Shown here: positions 1 through 9,297 of the stretch, in pieces
Layout of the letters: the number at the start of each line of letters is the position of its first letter
How positions within the stretch are numbered: the stretch's first letter is position 1
Source of the DNA: Candidatus Uhrbacteria bacterium GW2011_GWC2_41_11
GTDB lineage: Bacteria > Patescibacteriota > Patescibacteriia > UBA9934 > GWF2-40-263
Length of the DNA: 55,664 bases
Assembly (NCBI GenBank): GCA_000996355.1
Contig: LCAH01000010.1
Location: 1 to 55,664, forward strand
Direction of reading: 5' to 3'
Notes under the pieces: generated by a model
Seen by the model: the letters and a program-made list of their open reading frames with translations, nothing else
What the model was told of the DNA's origin: nothing
Databases searched by the model: none
Translations under genes and position numbers: made by a program

Positions 1-24
1 GGGTTGTCCGATAAGACGTTCTCG

Positions 25-112
25 TGGCGGAGAGGGAGGGATTCGAACCCTCGATACCTTGCGGCATACGCGCTTTCCAAGCGCGCGCAATCGACCACTA
101 TGCGACCTCTCC
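25..112 (-). tRNA. tRNA-Ser(GGA), CCA end encoded
   Basis: The reverse complement reads GGAGAGGTCGCATAGTGGTCGATTGCGCGCGCTT-GGA-AAGCGCGTATGCCGCAAGGTATCGAGGGTTCGAATCCCTCCCTCTCCGCCA. It has an acceptor stem, a GGA anticodon, a long variable arm, a TTCGAAT T-loop and CCA. Confidence 0.97.
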
Positions 113-200
113 ACAACGAGCCGCATTATATCCAAGGATCAAAAAATTGCCAATAGAGCCAGAAATAAGTAAAATTCTCTTATCTTAACAAAAAAGTTTT

Positions 201-488
201 ATGGAACATCAAAAATCTCATTCATCTCTCGAATCTACAAACAAAAGTGAACAAGAAAAAAAAGAACAAGAAATAAGAGATGTTATGCAAGACATCTTGG
301 CCAATGCAAATTCTAAAAAAGAAGCTGAAAATCAAATTCAAGTAGAACTTCGAAAAAAAGGTTATTCTGTCTTAGGTCCAATGCTGATATGGGACGAAAC
401 AACAAAATTTCGAAGTGCACTTGTCACAGTTCGCTCGCACCCAGGCAATGGATTTCAAATCGAGGCTACATATCAAGCTTACAAATAG
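201..488 (+). CDS. hypothetical protein (95 aa)
   Basis: ATG-started ORF with an AT-rich leader; charged N-terminus; no recognised motif. Confidence 0.6.
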   Translation: MEHQKSHSSLESTNKSEQEKKEQEIRDVMQDILANANSKKEAENQIQVELRKKGYSVLGPMLIWDETTKFRSALVTVRSHPGNGFQIEATYQAYK

Positions 489-501
489 ATCGATTTGTCT
501 T

Positions 502-879
502 ATGAAACACTTCATTCCTGGTCATCTCCCGGACAATGCACGCAATCTCTTACGTCGCCTAGGTTATGGCGAACATATTGGCCATGGTGGGCAAACCAGT
601 TTTTCCAAACGTTTAAGTGGAGCAGACTTCCCTCGTTTTCACGTTTATGTGGAAGAAAATGCGCAAGGTCTTCAAATCAATCTGCATTTAGACCAGAAAC
701 CTGTAAACTTGGGAGGTGGATCAGTTCACGGAGGAGAATATGAGGGGACACTCGTTGAGCGTGAAATGAATGCAATCATATCCGGCATAAAATCCATGGA
801 AATTCCGGAACAGGAAAATGATTCAAAATCGTCTTCCAGACCAAAAAAAGGGTTTTGGGGTTCGTTTTTCGGCACGTAA
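502..879 (+). CDS. hypothetical protein (MKHFIPGHLPDNARNLLRRLGYGEH...)
   Basis: The ATG at 502 follows the upstream stop. The product looks globular (RFHVYV, INLHLDQ) and ends in a KKGFWGSFFG tail. The track start at 415 overlaps the previous gene. Confidence 0.7.
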   Translation: MKHFIPGHLPDNARNLLRRLGYGEHIGHGGQTSFSKRLSGADFPRFHVYVEENAQGLQINLHLDQKPVNLGGGSVHGGEYEGTLVEREMNAIISGIKSMEIPEQENDSKSSSRPKKGFWGSFFGT

Positions 880-932
880 TTTTCCTCCCTTTCAAAAATC
901 GTCTACAAATGACGATTTTTTGTTATATTCTA

Positions 933-961
933 TTGACAATAATGTATTTTATTGCTACTTT
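933..961 (+). promoter_or_regulatory. sigma70-like promoter of the accessory operon
   Basis: TTGACA (933-938), 17-nt spacer, TACTTT (956-961). Confidence 0.5.
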
Positions 962-1029
962 AACAAGTCAAATTTTGTCAAAACAAAATTTGTGATCTTT
1001 TTCAAAACCCAAACGCAGGAGAAGTGTAC

Positions 1030-1584
1030 ATGGAAATGGAATACGTCAGACAATCTGCACGCGACACGACCTATACCATGTTTCAAGGGAAGGACGTGGA
1101 AACATTTGATCCTGAAAAACTTCACGTGATTCAACGAGCGAACATGGAGATTCGATCGTTAGGAGTCCACATTGATGCGGCGATTATTGGCGAAAGCCAC
1201 TTTGTCCGCATTGAAAAAAATGGACAATTGATTTTGGTCGAAATGCTCGCCTGTGTAAATTTGGATGAGCTTGGATTCAAGACGGAGAGATCCTGGCAAC
1301 TCAGCCGAATCAATGATCACCTCATCTCCATGTATTTCTGCCGAGATTACACAATCACAACGAATGTGCACATTCTCGAACCGAGAACATGGCATACTAC
1401 GATCTAGAAAAGAGCAAAACGAATGCTCTTTTTGAAAGAAGTATTTCCCGGACATGAAAGTCCGGCAACCGAGATCGGTATTATGGCATACGGATTGGAA
1501 ATTTCCATTGCCACCGTCCATGAATACGCCTTGGGTGATGGTCGAATAGAGCCGATCATCACACATACTTCCATTGTGTTTTAA
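1030..1584 (+). pseudogene. DUF2617-like protein interrupted by one in-frame TAG (1405-1407); nonsense allele, sequencing error or readthrough
   Basis: SD AGGAG at 1017-1021 and ATG at 1030. After the TAG the same frame continues KRAKRMLFLKEVFPGHESPATEIGIMAYGLEISIATVHEYALGDGRIEPIITHTSIVF to TAA at 1582-1584. The IIGESH and FPG...T.HEY...THT motifs resemble DUF2617 (recalled). Confidence 0.7.
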
Positions 1585-1595
1585 AGGAGAAAAAA

Positions 1596-3260
1596 ATGAA
1601 ACGATGGATTCTATGTTTGATCGTGTTTGGTCTGTCATTTCTGACAGGTTGTAGTATGGACAAGTTCATACTACTCGAGGCGGAACAGCTTCCAAATAAA
1701 GTGGCAGAGACCGAGAAATTTCTCTCCATTGTGCGAGTGGATTATGACACCGCGATTTCCGCGTCAAAAATTCCGAATCTTGCTGGTATTACCACGCGCG
1801 AAAAACTTGCGGAAAATTTCAACAAAGCAGATGCAAGTATGAAGCGTGGCAAACGCATTGCTTCCGAAGTCGCGGAACTCGCGAAACAGAATCGGCATGC
1901 GGATGAAGCCGTAACAAAAGCAAAGATCGCGAATTGCAAACGCACATTGACTGAGGTCAAACAGCTTGCGTCGATCCCTGGAGAACGACTGTGGGAATGG
2001 GAGGGCATCTTCGCAAACGCGAAACCACGAAGCGCAGTGGCTACAAAACGCGTCGAGGAGATGAATCATGAAATCGATGCCAACCTGGTTGGAAAAGGCC
2101 CGGTGAAGTTACGCGTTCAGGTGCAGTCGAAATCCTATCCGAATAAGGAGAAAGATCTCACCGCACGAGTGGACGACATCTTCAAGACAAAAGAGGAATT
2201 GAATGGATTCCTGAAAACCGTCCAGACGCAGTCCGCGCTCATTGAGCACGGCTCCGCTGAAACGGACATCGTTGTCCTTCTCAATGCTCTGGACAACGTA
2301 GACGAAACCGTCGAAGTTATTACCATGGCTCTCGAGGATCTCAAAGAAAAACTTGAGGAACTCGACGAGACATACGAAACAGTTCTCATCCGACTCCAAA
2401 AAATCCCCACATTCAAAATTCACCTGAGTAAATGGAATTGGGGGAGTGAAGAATATGGAGATGGAACAGAGACAGCTCTAGGCTGGCAAGATGTTTCAGA
2501 AGATGAATGGTTCTCTGAGCAATATGCGGAAGATGTGGTCGTAGAATCATCTGGATCAGAATTCTACAGTGGAAGTTCCACCGAAGTTTCGGATAAGGAC
2601 ATCATCTATCGCTACCTTGCCACAACCTTCGAACGGAAGAATGGGCAAGAAGGAGAACCTATTGAAAGTGAAATCGAGGAAGAACTTTACGAGGATTACC
2701 TTGAGATCGTTCGCAAACTCCATGCCTTGTTTCCAGATAACGGCGTCATCGGTCGTGAAGAATCCTCAAATCACATGGATCCAGAAGACAATGAGTCTAT
2801 TCGGCAAGATTTGCAGGTTCGCGTCGTGACTGAGATGAAAGTCCCTGGTCAATACGAGGAAGAGGCAAACGACAGCCCGAGCCCTGACGGCGTTCCGCTC
2901 GGACTCGTTGGTAATCCAGAATACGGGCAGTGGCAGAATGGGATGGATGGAGTACAAACATGGCACTGGCATGATTACATGCTGGGACACTTCCATTCAC
3001 ACCATGTATTCATCACCTATTGGAATCCGTATCCATACAGTCTGTATTCTCCGTATTCATCCTGGCGACGGGAAATAGGGTATGGGAACTGCTACGACAG
3101 TTTTGGAAATTATACCTGCCGCGGCGCGCATACTCGCGGAATGTACCGCAGTGCCTATCGAACATCCAGAGACACAAACATGTCGCCAAATAGTGCTCGA
3201 GGTATTCGTGGTGCAGGTCCTGGTGCGCGAGCACGTGGTGCAGGTGGTGGTGGAAAATAA
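1596..3260 (+). CDS. large lipoprotein: coiled-coil body, acidic region, aromatic/His-rich segment and Arg/Gly tail
   Basis: Signal peptide with lipobox LTGC; SD AAGGAG; ends RGAGPGARARGAGGGGK. Confidence 0.85.
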   Translation: MKRWILCLIVFGLSFLTGCSMDKFILLEAEQLPNKVAETEKFLSIVRVDYDTAISASKIPNLAGITTREKLAENFNKADASMKRGKRIASEVAELAKQNRHADEAVTKAKIANCKRTLTEVKQLASIPGERLWEWEGIFANAKPRSAVATKRVEEMNHEIDANLVGKGPVKLRVQVQSKSYPNKEKDLTARVDDIFKTKEELNGFLKTVQTQSALIEHGSAETDIVVLLNALDNVDETVEVITMALEDLKEKLEELDETYETVLIRLQKIPTFKIHLSKWNWGSEEYGDGTETALGWQDVSEDEWFSEQYAEDVVVESSGSEFYSGSSTEVSDKDIIYRYLATTFERKNGQEGEPIESEIEEELYEDYLEIVRKLHALFPDNGVIGREESSNHMDPEDNESIRQDLQVRVVTEMKVPGQYEEEANDSPSPDGVPLGLVGNPEYGQWQNGMDGVQTWHWHDYMLGHFHSHHVFITYWNPYPYSLYSPYSSWRREIGYGNCYDSFGNYTCRGAHTRGMYRSAYRTSRDTNMSPNSARGIRGAGPGARARGAGGGGK

Positions 3261-3281
3261 CTGAAAAAAAGGAGAAACGTT

Positions 3282-4196
3282 ATGGATATACTCATGATGA
3301 GTCTGAATGTCCTCACTTTTTTCGTCGACCTCTTTTCTTCTATCCCATACATCCTCCTGGTTCTGATCCTCGTTCCGACTATTGGATTCCTCCTGATTGA
3401 CAAGGTCATGACCAGTGGAATCAACATGCGCGCTGCCCTGTTTGAACAGGATAATCCAGTTGCCGGGTTCGAGTTCGGAGGACAGATCATCCTGCTTATC
3501 TACGCCGGATTCTGTGCGATCATGGGTCCGACCGTCGGATCATTTGGCACAGACTTCCTGGTCGCGGGCGGATGGATTATTGGCAGCATGGTCACGATCA
3601 CAGTTGTCCGTGGCATTCTCGGCTACATGGTCAAAACCCACAATGGCGGCAACGATCTGAACCACGAGATCTTCGTACAGAGAAATTGGGCCGCCGGTTG
3701 CTACAGTTTAGCCCTCACGATCGGAATCGTGAGCGGACTCACGGAAGAAGACATGTTCGGATCTGCGCCTTTGCGTGATCTTGCGATCGCCGCGACTGTA
3801 CTCGGATTCGGACTTTCCGTTGGATGGCTTTTTCGGATCACACACCTTCATGGACGAAGTGCATTTCATGCCATGTTCACGGAGGACAATTCGGCAGCGG
3901 GCGTAAGTCTGCTCGGATTCGCTGTTGCGGCAAATATCATTTTTGCCAAAGCCGCGGATCTTGTCCGCCTCATGGAAAACGGAATCGGTATGACCATCGG
4001 ATGCGTCATATTCTATTCCTTCTTCCTGCTTGCTCTCATGAGTTTGTTGAGAACAGGGATGGAGTACGGACTCCGACTGACTCTCAAGGTCGACATTACA
4101 GATGAAACTTTTGCACAAAAAAATGTGGGTGCAGGATTCATTGATGCAAGTGTGACCATCGGGGTTGCCCTGCTTCTCACAGGCGCCATCTCCTAA
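3282..4196 (+). CDS. DUF350 family multi-pass membrane protein (tandem DUF350-like repeats)
   Basis: Repeated motifs LFEQDNPVAG, EIFVQRNWAAG, MFTEDNSAAG and ETFAQKNVGAG, each followed by hydrophobic helices; SD present. Confidence 0.8.
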   Translation: MDILMMSLNVLTFFVDLFSSIPYILLVLILVPTIGFLLIDKVMTSGINMRAALFEQDNPVAGFEFGGQIILLIYAGFCAIMGPTVGSFGTDFLVAGGWIIGSMVTITVVRGILGYMVKTHNGGNDLNHEIFVQRNWAAGCYSLALTIGIVSGLTEEDMFGSAPLRDLAIAATVLGFGLSVGWLFRITHLHGRSAFHAMFTEDNSAAGVSLLGFAVAANIIFAKAADLVRLMENGIGMTIGCVIFYSFFLLALMSLLRTGMEYGLRLTLKVDITDETFAQKNVGAGFIDASVTIGVALLLTGAIS

Positions 4197-4202
4197 ACCA
4201 TT

Positions 4203-4242
4203 GGCTGTTCCCTTCTCTTCTCGGGAATAGAACAGCCCTTTT
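4203..4242 (+). terminator. hairpin with short U-tract between the DUF350 gene and speE
   Basis: GGCTGTTC (4203-4210) pairs with GAACAGCC (4230-4237), followed by CTTTT. Confidence 0.5.
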
Positions 4243-4319
4243 CGAGAGACTAGAAGTCTTCATTGATTTCTGGATTCTCGATCAGTTTCTTTCACAATCA
4301 AAAAAACTTCGGAGGATTC

Positions 4320-5861
4320 ATGAATTTTCGAAAATCCATTTTGTATCTCGCCATCTTTGCCGCAGGTTTCTGTGGCATGGTCACGGAAAATTCTATTTCC
4401 ACGGCCATGAGCTATCTTGAAGAAAATACAGCTGCGGCATACGCGGTCGTGATCGGGACATTCATGTTGTCCCTTGGTGTCGGTGGATACGCGAGCCAAT
4501 TCATGCGAAGTGGGAAGGAACTCGGAATGTTCGTTCTGATCGAACTCGTCCTTTCGATTCTCACAGCTGCTTCCGTCATTCTTATGATGGAAGCTGCGGT
4601 TGTGGAACTTGATTGGACTGCTGGACTTATCCTTACCTTCGCGATCGGCGTGCTCGTCGGACTTGAGCTTCCGCTCATCATCCGGATCAATGAAACCCAA
4701 CAGGTCGCGCTCAAGGACAACATCGCGAAGATGCTCTGGGCCGATTATCTAGGCGGATTTCTCGCTGGAATTAGTTTCTGCTGGCTTCTGCCCAAACTCG
4801 ATATTGTTCATATTCCCATTCTTGCTGGAGCAATCAATCTCGGCATTGGCGCGGCTGTAGCCATTGGTTTCCGGTCCGAACTTCGCATGCGGACATTTGC
4901 ACCAGCCCTGGGCGCCGGAGCTCTCGCGCTTGGAATAATCTGGATCCTGGCCGGCCGCACGGTCGCAATCGCGGAGCAAGCCCAATTCGAGGACCCTATC
5001 ATCTTCCATGAGCAAACCGTGTACCAACGCATCGTAATTACGAAACAGGATGTACGCAATATTTGTTTATATCTGAATGGACAGACCCAGTTCTGTACTG
5101 TAGATGAAGCGCGGTACCATGAGTCACTCGTGCATCCGGCATTCGGACTGAACCCGTCTGCCAAACGGATCCTGATCCTTGGCGGCGGAGACGGCATGGC
5201 CGCACGAGAAATTCTGAAGTATCCGGACACGACAATCACTCTCGTGGATCTTGATCCGCACATGGTGGAACTGTGTCGAACGTATCCGCGACTCGTTTGG
5301 GCAAACAACGGATCCCTGAATGATTTGCGCGTGCAAATAGTTTCTGCGGATGCCTACAAATGGATCCAAAAAAATTTGGATTTGTGGGATATTATTTTCA
5401 TCGACCTGCCGGATCCAAGCCATCCAGCGCTTGCGAAACTGTATAGCGTTGAGTTCTACCGCATGGTGGCCAGCCGTCTGGCTCCAGATGGTGTCATGGT
5501 AACGCAATCCACGTCTCCGATTCACGCACCAGAGGTGTTTGTCGCGATTTGGAAAACCATGAAGACGACCGGACTTTCTGTGATCCCCTACCGAACGAAT
5601 GTTCCGACGTTCGGCGATTGGGGATTCAATCTCGGTATGCGACCGAAAGACAAAACGGAACGGGAAATTCTGGACGCGCTTGAGACGTTCGTCCCGGATC
5701 GTCTGGTTGAGACGAAATACTTGAACCAACCAGCCATGCAAGCCGCACTCCGATTTGAAAAAGGAATTTTTCCGGCTAACCTGGACAAGGTTGAAGCCAG
5801 TCGGATCATCAAACCCACGGTTCTCACGGCGTATGAAATGTCGTGGGACAAAATCGAATAA
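4320..5861 (+). CDS. speE: polyamine aminopropyltransferase (spermidine synthase family) with N-terminal multi-TM domain
   Basis: Motifs LYLNGQTQF, DEARYHESLVHP, ILILGGGDGMAAREIL, VDLDP, IDLPDP and VPTFGDWGF; about 7 TM helices at the N-terminus; SD GGAGG before the ATG at 4320. Confidence 0.92.
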   Translation: MNFRKSILYLAIFAAGFCGMVTENSISTAMSYLEENTAAAYAVVIGTFMLSLGVGGYASQFMRSGKELGMFVLIELVLSILTAASVILMMEAAVVELDWTAGLILTFAIGVLVGLELPLIIRINETQQVALKDNIAKMLWADYLGGFLAGISFCWLLPKLDIVHIPILAGAINLGIGAAVAIGFRSELRMRTFAPALGAGALALGIIWILAGRTVAIAEQAQFEDPIIFHEQTVYQRIVITKQDVRNICLYLNGQTQFCTVDEARYHESLVHPAFGLNPSAKRILILGGGDGMAAREILKYPDTTITLVDLDPHMVELCRTYPRLVWANNGSLNDLRVQIVSADAYKWIQKNLDLWDIIFIDLPDPSHPALAKLYSVEFYRMVASRLAPDGVMVTQSTSPIHAPEVFVAIWKTMKTTGLSVIPYRTNVPTFGDWGFNLGMRPKDKTEREILDALETFVPDRLVETKYLNQPAMQAALRFEKGIFPANLDKVEASRIIKPTVLTAYEMSWDKIE

Positions 5862-5876
5862 CAAAAGGAGGATGAC

Positions 5877-6497
5877 ATGGAACTTCTCATATTGTTGGGA
5901 ATCGGTGGAATCGGTTTAAGTATTGCATTCGTCGTCTCCCGGCTACGGCGCCACACTCCTCGCATCTCCAAATTGGAGAGCAAAAAAGTGGCTGCAAACC
6001 CCGCTTCGCTCAAGGTTGGCAGCACTGTGTACCTGGACGATGCGGATGATACATTCGATGTCCAGGCTGTTTCCCGTTACGAAGTCAAAAACGAACCAGA
6101 CGATTTCTGGTACGAATTCGAGATCTTCGATTCAATCGGAAACCGCACATCCTACCTCGCCTGCGAACGTGACGAAGAAGATCGCTGGCGCTGGAGCACG
6201 CACCGAAAGTTGAACACCGGTGATGTCGCGAATCCACTTGACGCAAACGGAAAACCGTTCCGTGAATTCACCATCGAGGGTCGCACATGGCGTGTTGCCC
6301 CTGATTGTTTCAACTACCAAACTCACTCAAAGGGTACACGTATCGATCGTCCGGAAGAAGTACAGGAAACAGTCCGCATCACGGATTATGTTCCGACGGA
6401 CGGATCCGCGCATGAATTGAGTATCGAAGTGTGGAAGGGTGGCATGTGTGTGACTATTGGTCAGGCATGTCAAAGCAAAATCCTCGTTCTTTCCTAA
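5877..6497 (+). CDS. DUF4178-like protein with N-terminal TM anchor
   Basis: N-terminal hydrophobic helix, then LKVG...FDV...RY...WYEF...YLACE...W; SD AAGGAGG; operon context. Confidence 0.7.
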   Translation: MELLILLGIGGIGLSIAFVVSRLRRHTPRISKLESKKVAANPASLKVGSTVYLDDADDTFDVQAVSRYEVKNEPDDFWYEFEIFDSIGNRTSYLACERDEEDRWRWSTHRKLNTGDVANPLDANGKPFREFTIEGRTWRVAPDCFNYQTHSKGTRIDRPEEVQETVRITDYVPTDGSAHELSIEVWKGGMCVTIGQACQSKILVLS

Positions 6498-6512
6498 ACC
6501 AAAGGAGATCGC

Positions 6513-7055
6513 ATGAATCGATTTATCAATCTTGTGAAAGATCTTCTCAGTTCCAAAAAAGAAACACTTGCTAACCCGTTTCGTATCCATGAAAATGATT
6601 GGATACGACTCTCGGATCCGAGGATTGATGTTCAGGTGTATGGCATTCTCCGATCCGAAATAACTGATTCAAACGGTATACGGGTTGGAAGTTTACACTA
6701 TTTCCATTGTTTCGATCATGAGACAACAAGGAATATCGATCTTGTCACTGTTGTAACAGAAGATGAAAACGGAAATACCTGGAAATGGTTTTCTGTCACG
6801 ACTCTTCCAAGAAACCGGATTTCATTCGAGGGTCATCTTCCTCGAATGTTCCGATATAAGGAACAGGTCTGGATTTCCAAAGACAAAAGAGTAAGTATTC
6901 CTGTGTGGCGAGAAGGAGTCAAATTCTCAATGCCACCCATGGAAACATATAGTTGTTTCAATCAAAATTTTCTCATCTGGATTCCGATTGATGAGACAGA
7001 AAAACCTGTCTTTGGCCAAGCCTGCATCAGTCAGGTGCTTGTGGTCAAAGGATAA
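6513..7055 (+). CDS. second DUF4178-like paralogue without TM anchor
   Basis: Shares its layout and C-terminal GQAC motif with the upstream gene (GQACQSKILVL vs GQACISQVLVV); SD AAGGAG. Confidence 0.6.
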   Translation: MNRFINLVKDLLSSKKETLANPFRIHENDWIRLSDPRIDVQVYGILRSEITDSNGIRVGSLHYFHCFDHETTRNIDLVTVVTEDENGNTWKWFSVTTLPRNRISFEGHLPRMFRYKEQVWISKDKRVSIPVWREGVKFSMPPMETYSCFNQNFLIWIPIDETEKPVFGQACISQVLVVKG

Positions 7056-7062
7056 AAACTTG

Positions 7063-7087
7063 CAGAGCTTCACGGCTCTGTTTTTTT
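7063..7087 (+). terminator. intrinsic terminator closing the accessory operon
   Basis: CAGAGC-TTCACG-GCTCTG followed by T7. Confidence 0.8.
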
Positions 7088-7837
7088 CTGTCGAAATTTC
7101 CAAAAAAGAAAACATCCGTATGTAATCATTCCCAGACTCGCATACTGAGCCGGCGTAAGGAACAAATATCGTGTATCAACAATAGGTCCGCTTGTGGCGC
7201 GAAGAAAATCTAAAAAGAAACGAGAGATCCCATACCAAAGTAAAAACGTGACAAGATACATTCCTTGCCGGACTCGATATTTTACAAGTAAAAGAAAAAT
7301 AGCAAATAAAAGAAAGCCATTTAAAAAAAGATACAACCCAAGATCATGCCGAATCATTCCATCCGGATATCGAATGCCGAGAAAAAAATCTGTGGCTGTT
7401 CCTGGATGATCATGTATAAAAAAACATCCGATCCGACCAATTCCATATCCGAGAGGCAATCCAAAAATCGCTGCATCTGCATATTTCCAAACATCGACGT
7501 GTCGACGACGCAAGAACCAAATACTTGCAATCACGGCACCCGCGAATCCACCCATACTCGACATACCTCCATTCCAAATCGCCATGATTTCAAATGGATG
7601 AGCGAAATAATACGACGGCTCATAAAATAGGATATGAAAAAGCCGCGCTCCAACCATGGAAGCAATCAAAATCCACACAAGAAGATCCCAGAGCATTACC
7701 GCATCAAGTCCTTGTTTTTTTATCATGCGGGCGGAGACTGTGGCACCAATCAAAAAACCAAGAGCGACCATAAGACCCCATACCTGAATGGTAAGCGGTC
7801 CAACGGAAAAATGCGGAAAATAAATGTACGGAATCAT
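7070..7837 (-). CDS. lgt: prolipoprotein diacylglyceryl transferase
   Basis: Motifs GARLFHILFY, WNGGMSSMGG and GIGRIGCFFIHDHPG. The start at 7837 overlaps the gatA stop (ATGA). Confidence 0.93.
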   Translation of the reverse strand: MIPYIYFPHFSVGPLTIQVWGLMVALGFLIGATVSARMIKKQGLDAVMLWDLLVWILIASMVGARLFHILFYEPSYYFAHPFEIMAIWNGGMSSMGGFAGAVIASIWFLRRRHVDVWKYADAAIFGLPLGYGIGRIGCFFIHDHPGTATDFFLGIRYPDGMIRHDLGLYLFLNGFLLFAIFLLLVKYRVRQGMYLVTFLLWYGISRFFLDFLRATSGPIVDTRYLFLTPAQYASLGMITYGCFLFWKFRQKKTEP

Positions 7838-9294
7838 ACGTTCTTTTCCGGACGTTTTGTATGCCAATCTGTTTTTGTTTGATAATGCTTCCCAAGACGG
7901 AAAAGAGTTTCTTCTCCAAATGGTCGACCCATGAGTTGAAGTCCTACAGGTAATCCATCCACAAAACCGCACGGAAGAGACATAGCTGGAATCGCGGCCA
8001 AGTTCGCGGAAATCGTATAAATATCCGAAAGATACATGGTAAGCGGATCATCAAACTTTTCTCCAATATTCCAAGCAACGGAAGGCGAAGTTGGTGTAAG
8101 AATCGCATCAACATGCTTAAATACTTCGTCAAAATCACGACGAATGAGCATACGAACCTGAAGCGCTTTTTTGTAATACGCATCATAATATCCTTTTGAA
8201 AGTGCATAACTTCCAAGCATGATACGACGTTTTACTTCAGACCCGAATCCTTCTCCGCGACTGCGTTCATACGTTTCCATAAGCGTACGACCTGAGGAAG
8301 CCGCATATCCGTAACGCATTCCATCAAATCGCCCCAAGTTTGAACTGGATTCACATGGCATAATGATGTAATACGCTGCAAGCGCATATTCCGCATGCGG
8401 AAGCGAAATTTCATGTACGTCCGCTCCACCTTGTTGCAAAACTTCCACAGCTTGAAAAACAGATGTGCGAATACGTTCATCCATTCCTTCAAGAAAATAT
8501 TCTTTTGGAAGACCAATGCGCAACCCGGCAACATCTTCTGAAATCAATTCTGCCACTGTCGTATCTCCCCCTGCCACAGTTGTTGCATCTTTTGGATCAT
8601 CTCCTTCCACTACTTGAAGAAGAAGAGCTGCATCTTCAACCGTTCTTGCAAAAGGACCTATTTGATCAAGACTCGATGCCATGGCCATCAAACCATACCG
8701 GCTCACACGACCATATGTTGGTTTGAGTCCAACCACACCACAAAGAGAAGCAGGCTGTCGAATAGAACCACCTGTATCTGAACCAAACGCTCCAGGTACA
8801 AAATCCGCAGCAACCGCCGCGGCAGATCCGCCACTTGAACCACCTGGCACTTTTGTCTGATTCCAAGGATTATGTGTTTGACCAAAATGAGATGTTTCTG
8901 TGGAAGACCCCATGGCAAATTCATCCATGTTGGTGACTCCAAGAATAATGGCTCCGGCTGCTCGTAATCGTTCAACAACCGTTGCATCGTATGGAGCAAC
9001 ATAATTTTCCAAAATACGTGATCCTGCAGTGGCTTTTAATCCTTTTGCCAACATGTTTGCTTTCACAGCAATCGGAATTCCGGCTAATACCCCAAGTTCT
9101 TGTCCACCAGCCGCACGTTTTACATCAATCGATTCTGCTTCTTTCAATGCTGTTTCTGAGATCTGAATAAAAGCATTCAATGCCCCATTTTGTTTTTTAA
9201 TGCGTTCAAGACACGCTTCTGTTAATGCTTTGCTTGTGATCTCTCCTGCAGCTATTTTTTGTTTCGCTTCGATGATTGTGAAACTTTGTATCAT
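7834..9294 (-). CDS. gatA: Asp/Glu-tRNA amidotransferase subunit A
   Basis: Amidase signature: [39 protein letters not shown]. Confidence 0.98.
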   Translation of the reverse strand: MIQSFTIIEAKQKIAAGEITSKALTEACLERIKKQNGALNAFIQISETALKEAESIDVKRAAGGQELGVLAGIPIAVKANMLAKGLKATAGSRILENYVAPYDATVVERLRAAGAIILGVTNMDEFAMGSSTETSHFGQTHNPWNQTKVPGGSSGGSAAAVAADFVPGAFGSDTGGSIRQPASLCGVVGLKPTYGRVSRYGLMAMASSLDQIGPFARTVEDAALLLQVVEGDDPKDATTVAGGDTTVAELISEDVAGLRIGLPKEYFLEGMDERIRTSVFQAVEVLQQGGADVHEISLPHAEYALAAYYIIMPCESSSNLGRFDGMRYGYAASSGRTLMETYERSRGEGFGSEVKRRIMLGSYALSKGYYDAYYKKALQVRMLIRRDFDEVFKHVDAILTPTSPSVAWNIGEKFDDPLTMYLSDIYTISANLAAIPAMSLPCGFVDGLPVGLQLMGRPFGEETLFRLGKHYQTKTDWHTKRPEKNV

Positions 9295-9297
9295 ACA

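Noticed and set aside
1405-1407. Genome-wide TAG or TGA reassignment
   Set aside because: TAG and TGA terminate many clearly complete genes (e.g. TGA in ATGA overlaps, TAG at 486-488). Only one internal stop was found.
25-7087. Accessory operon as an island integrated at tRNA-Ser
   Set aside because: The operon lies on the 5' side of the tRNA, no duplicated tRNA 3' end is seen near 7.1 kb, and there is no integrase.
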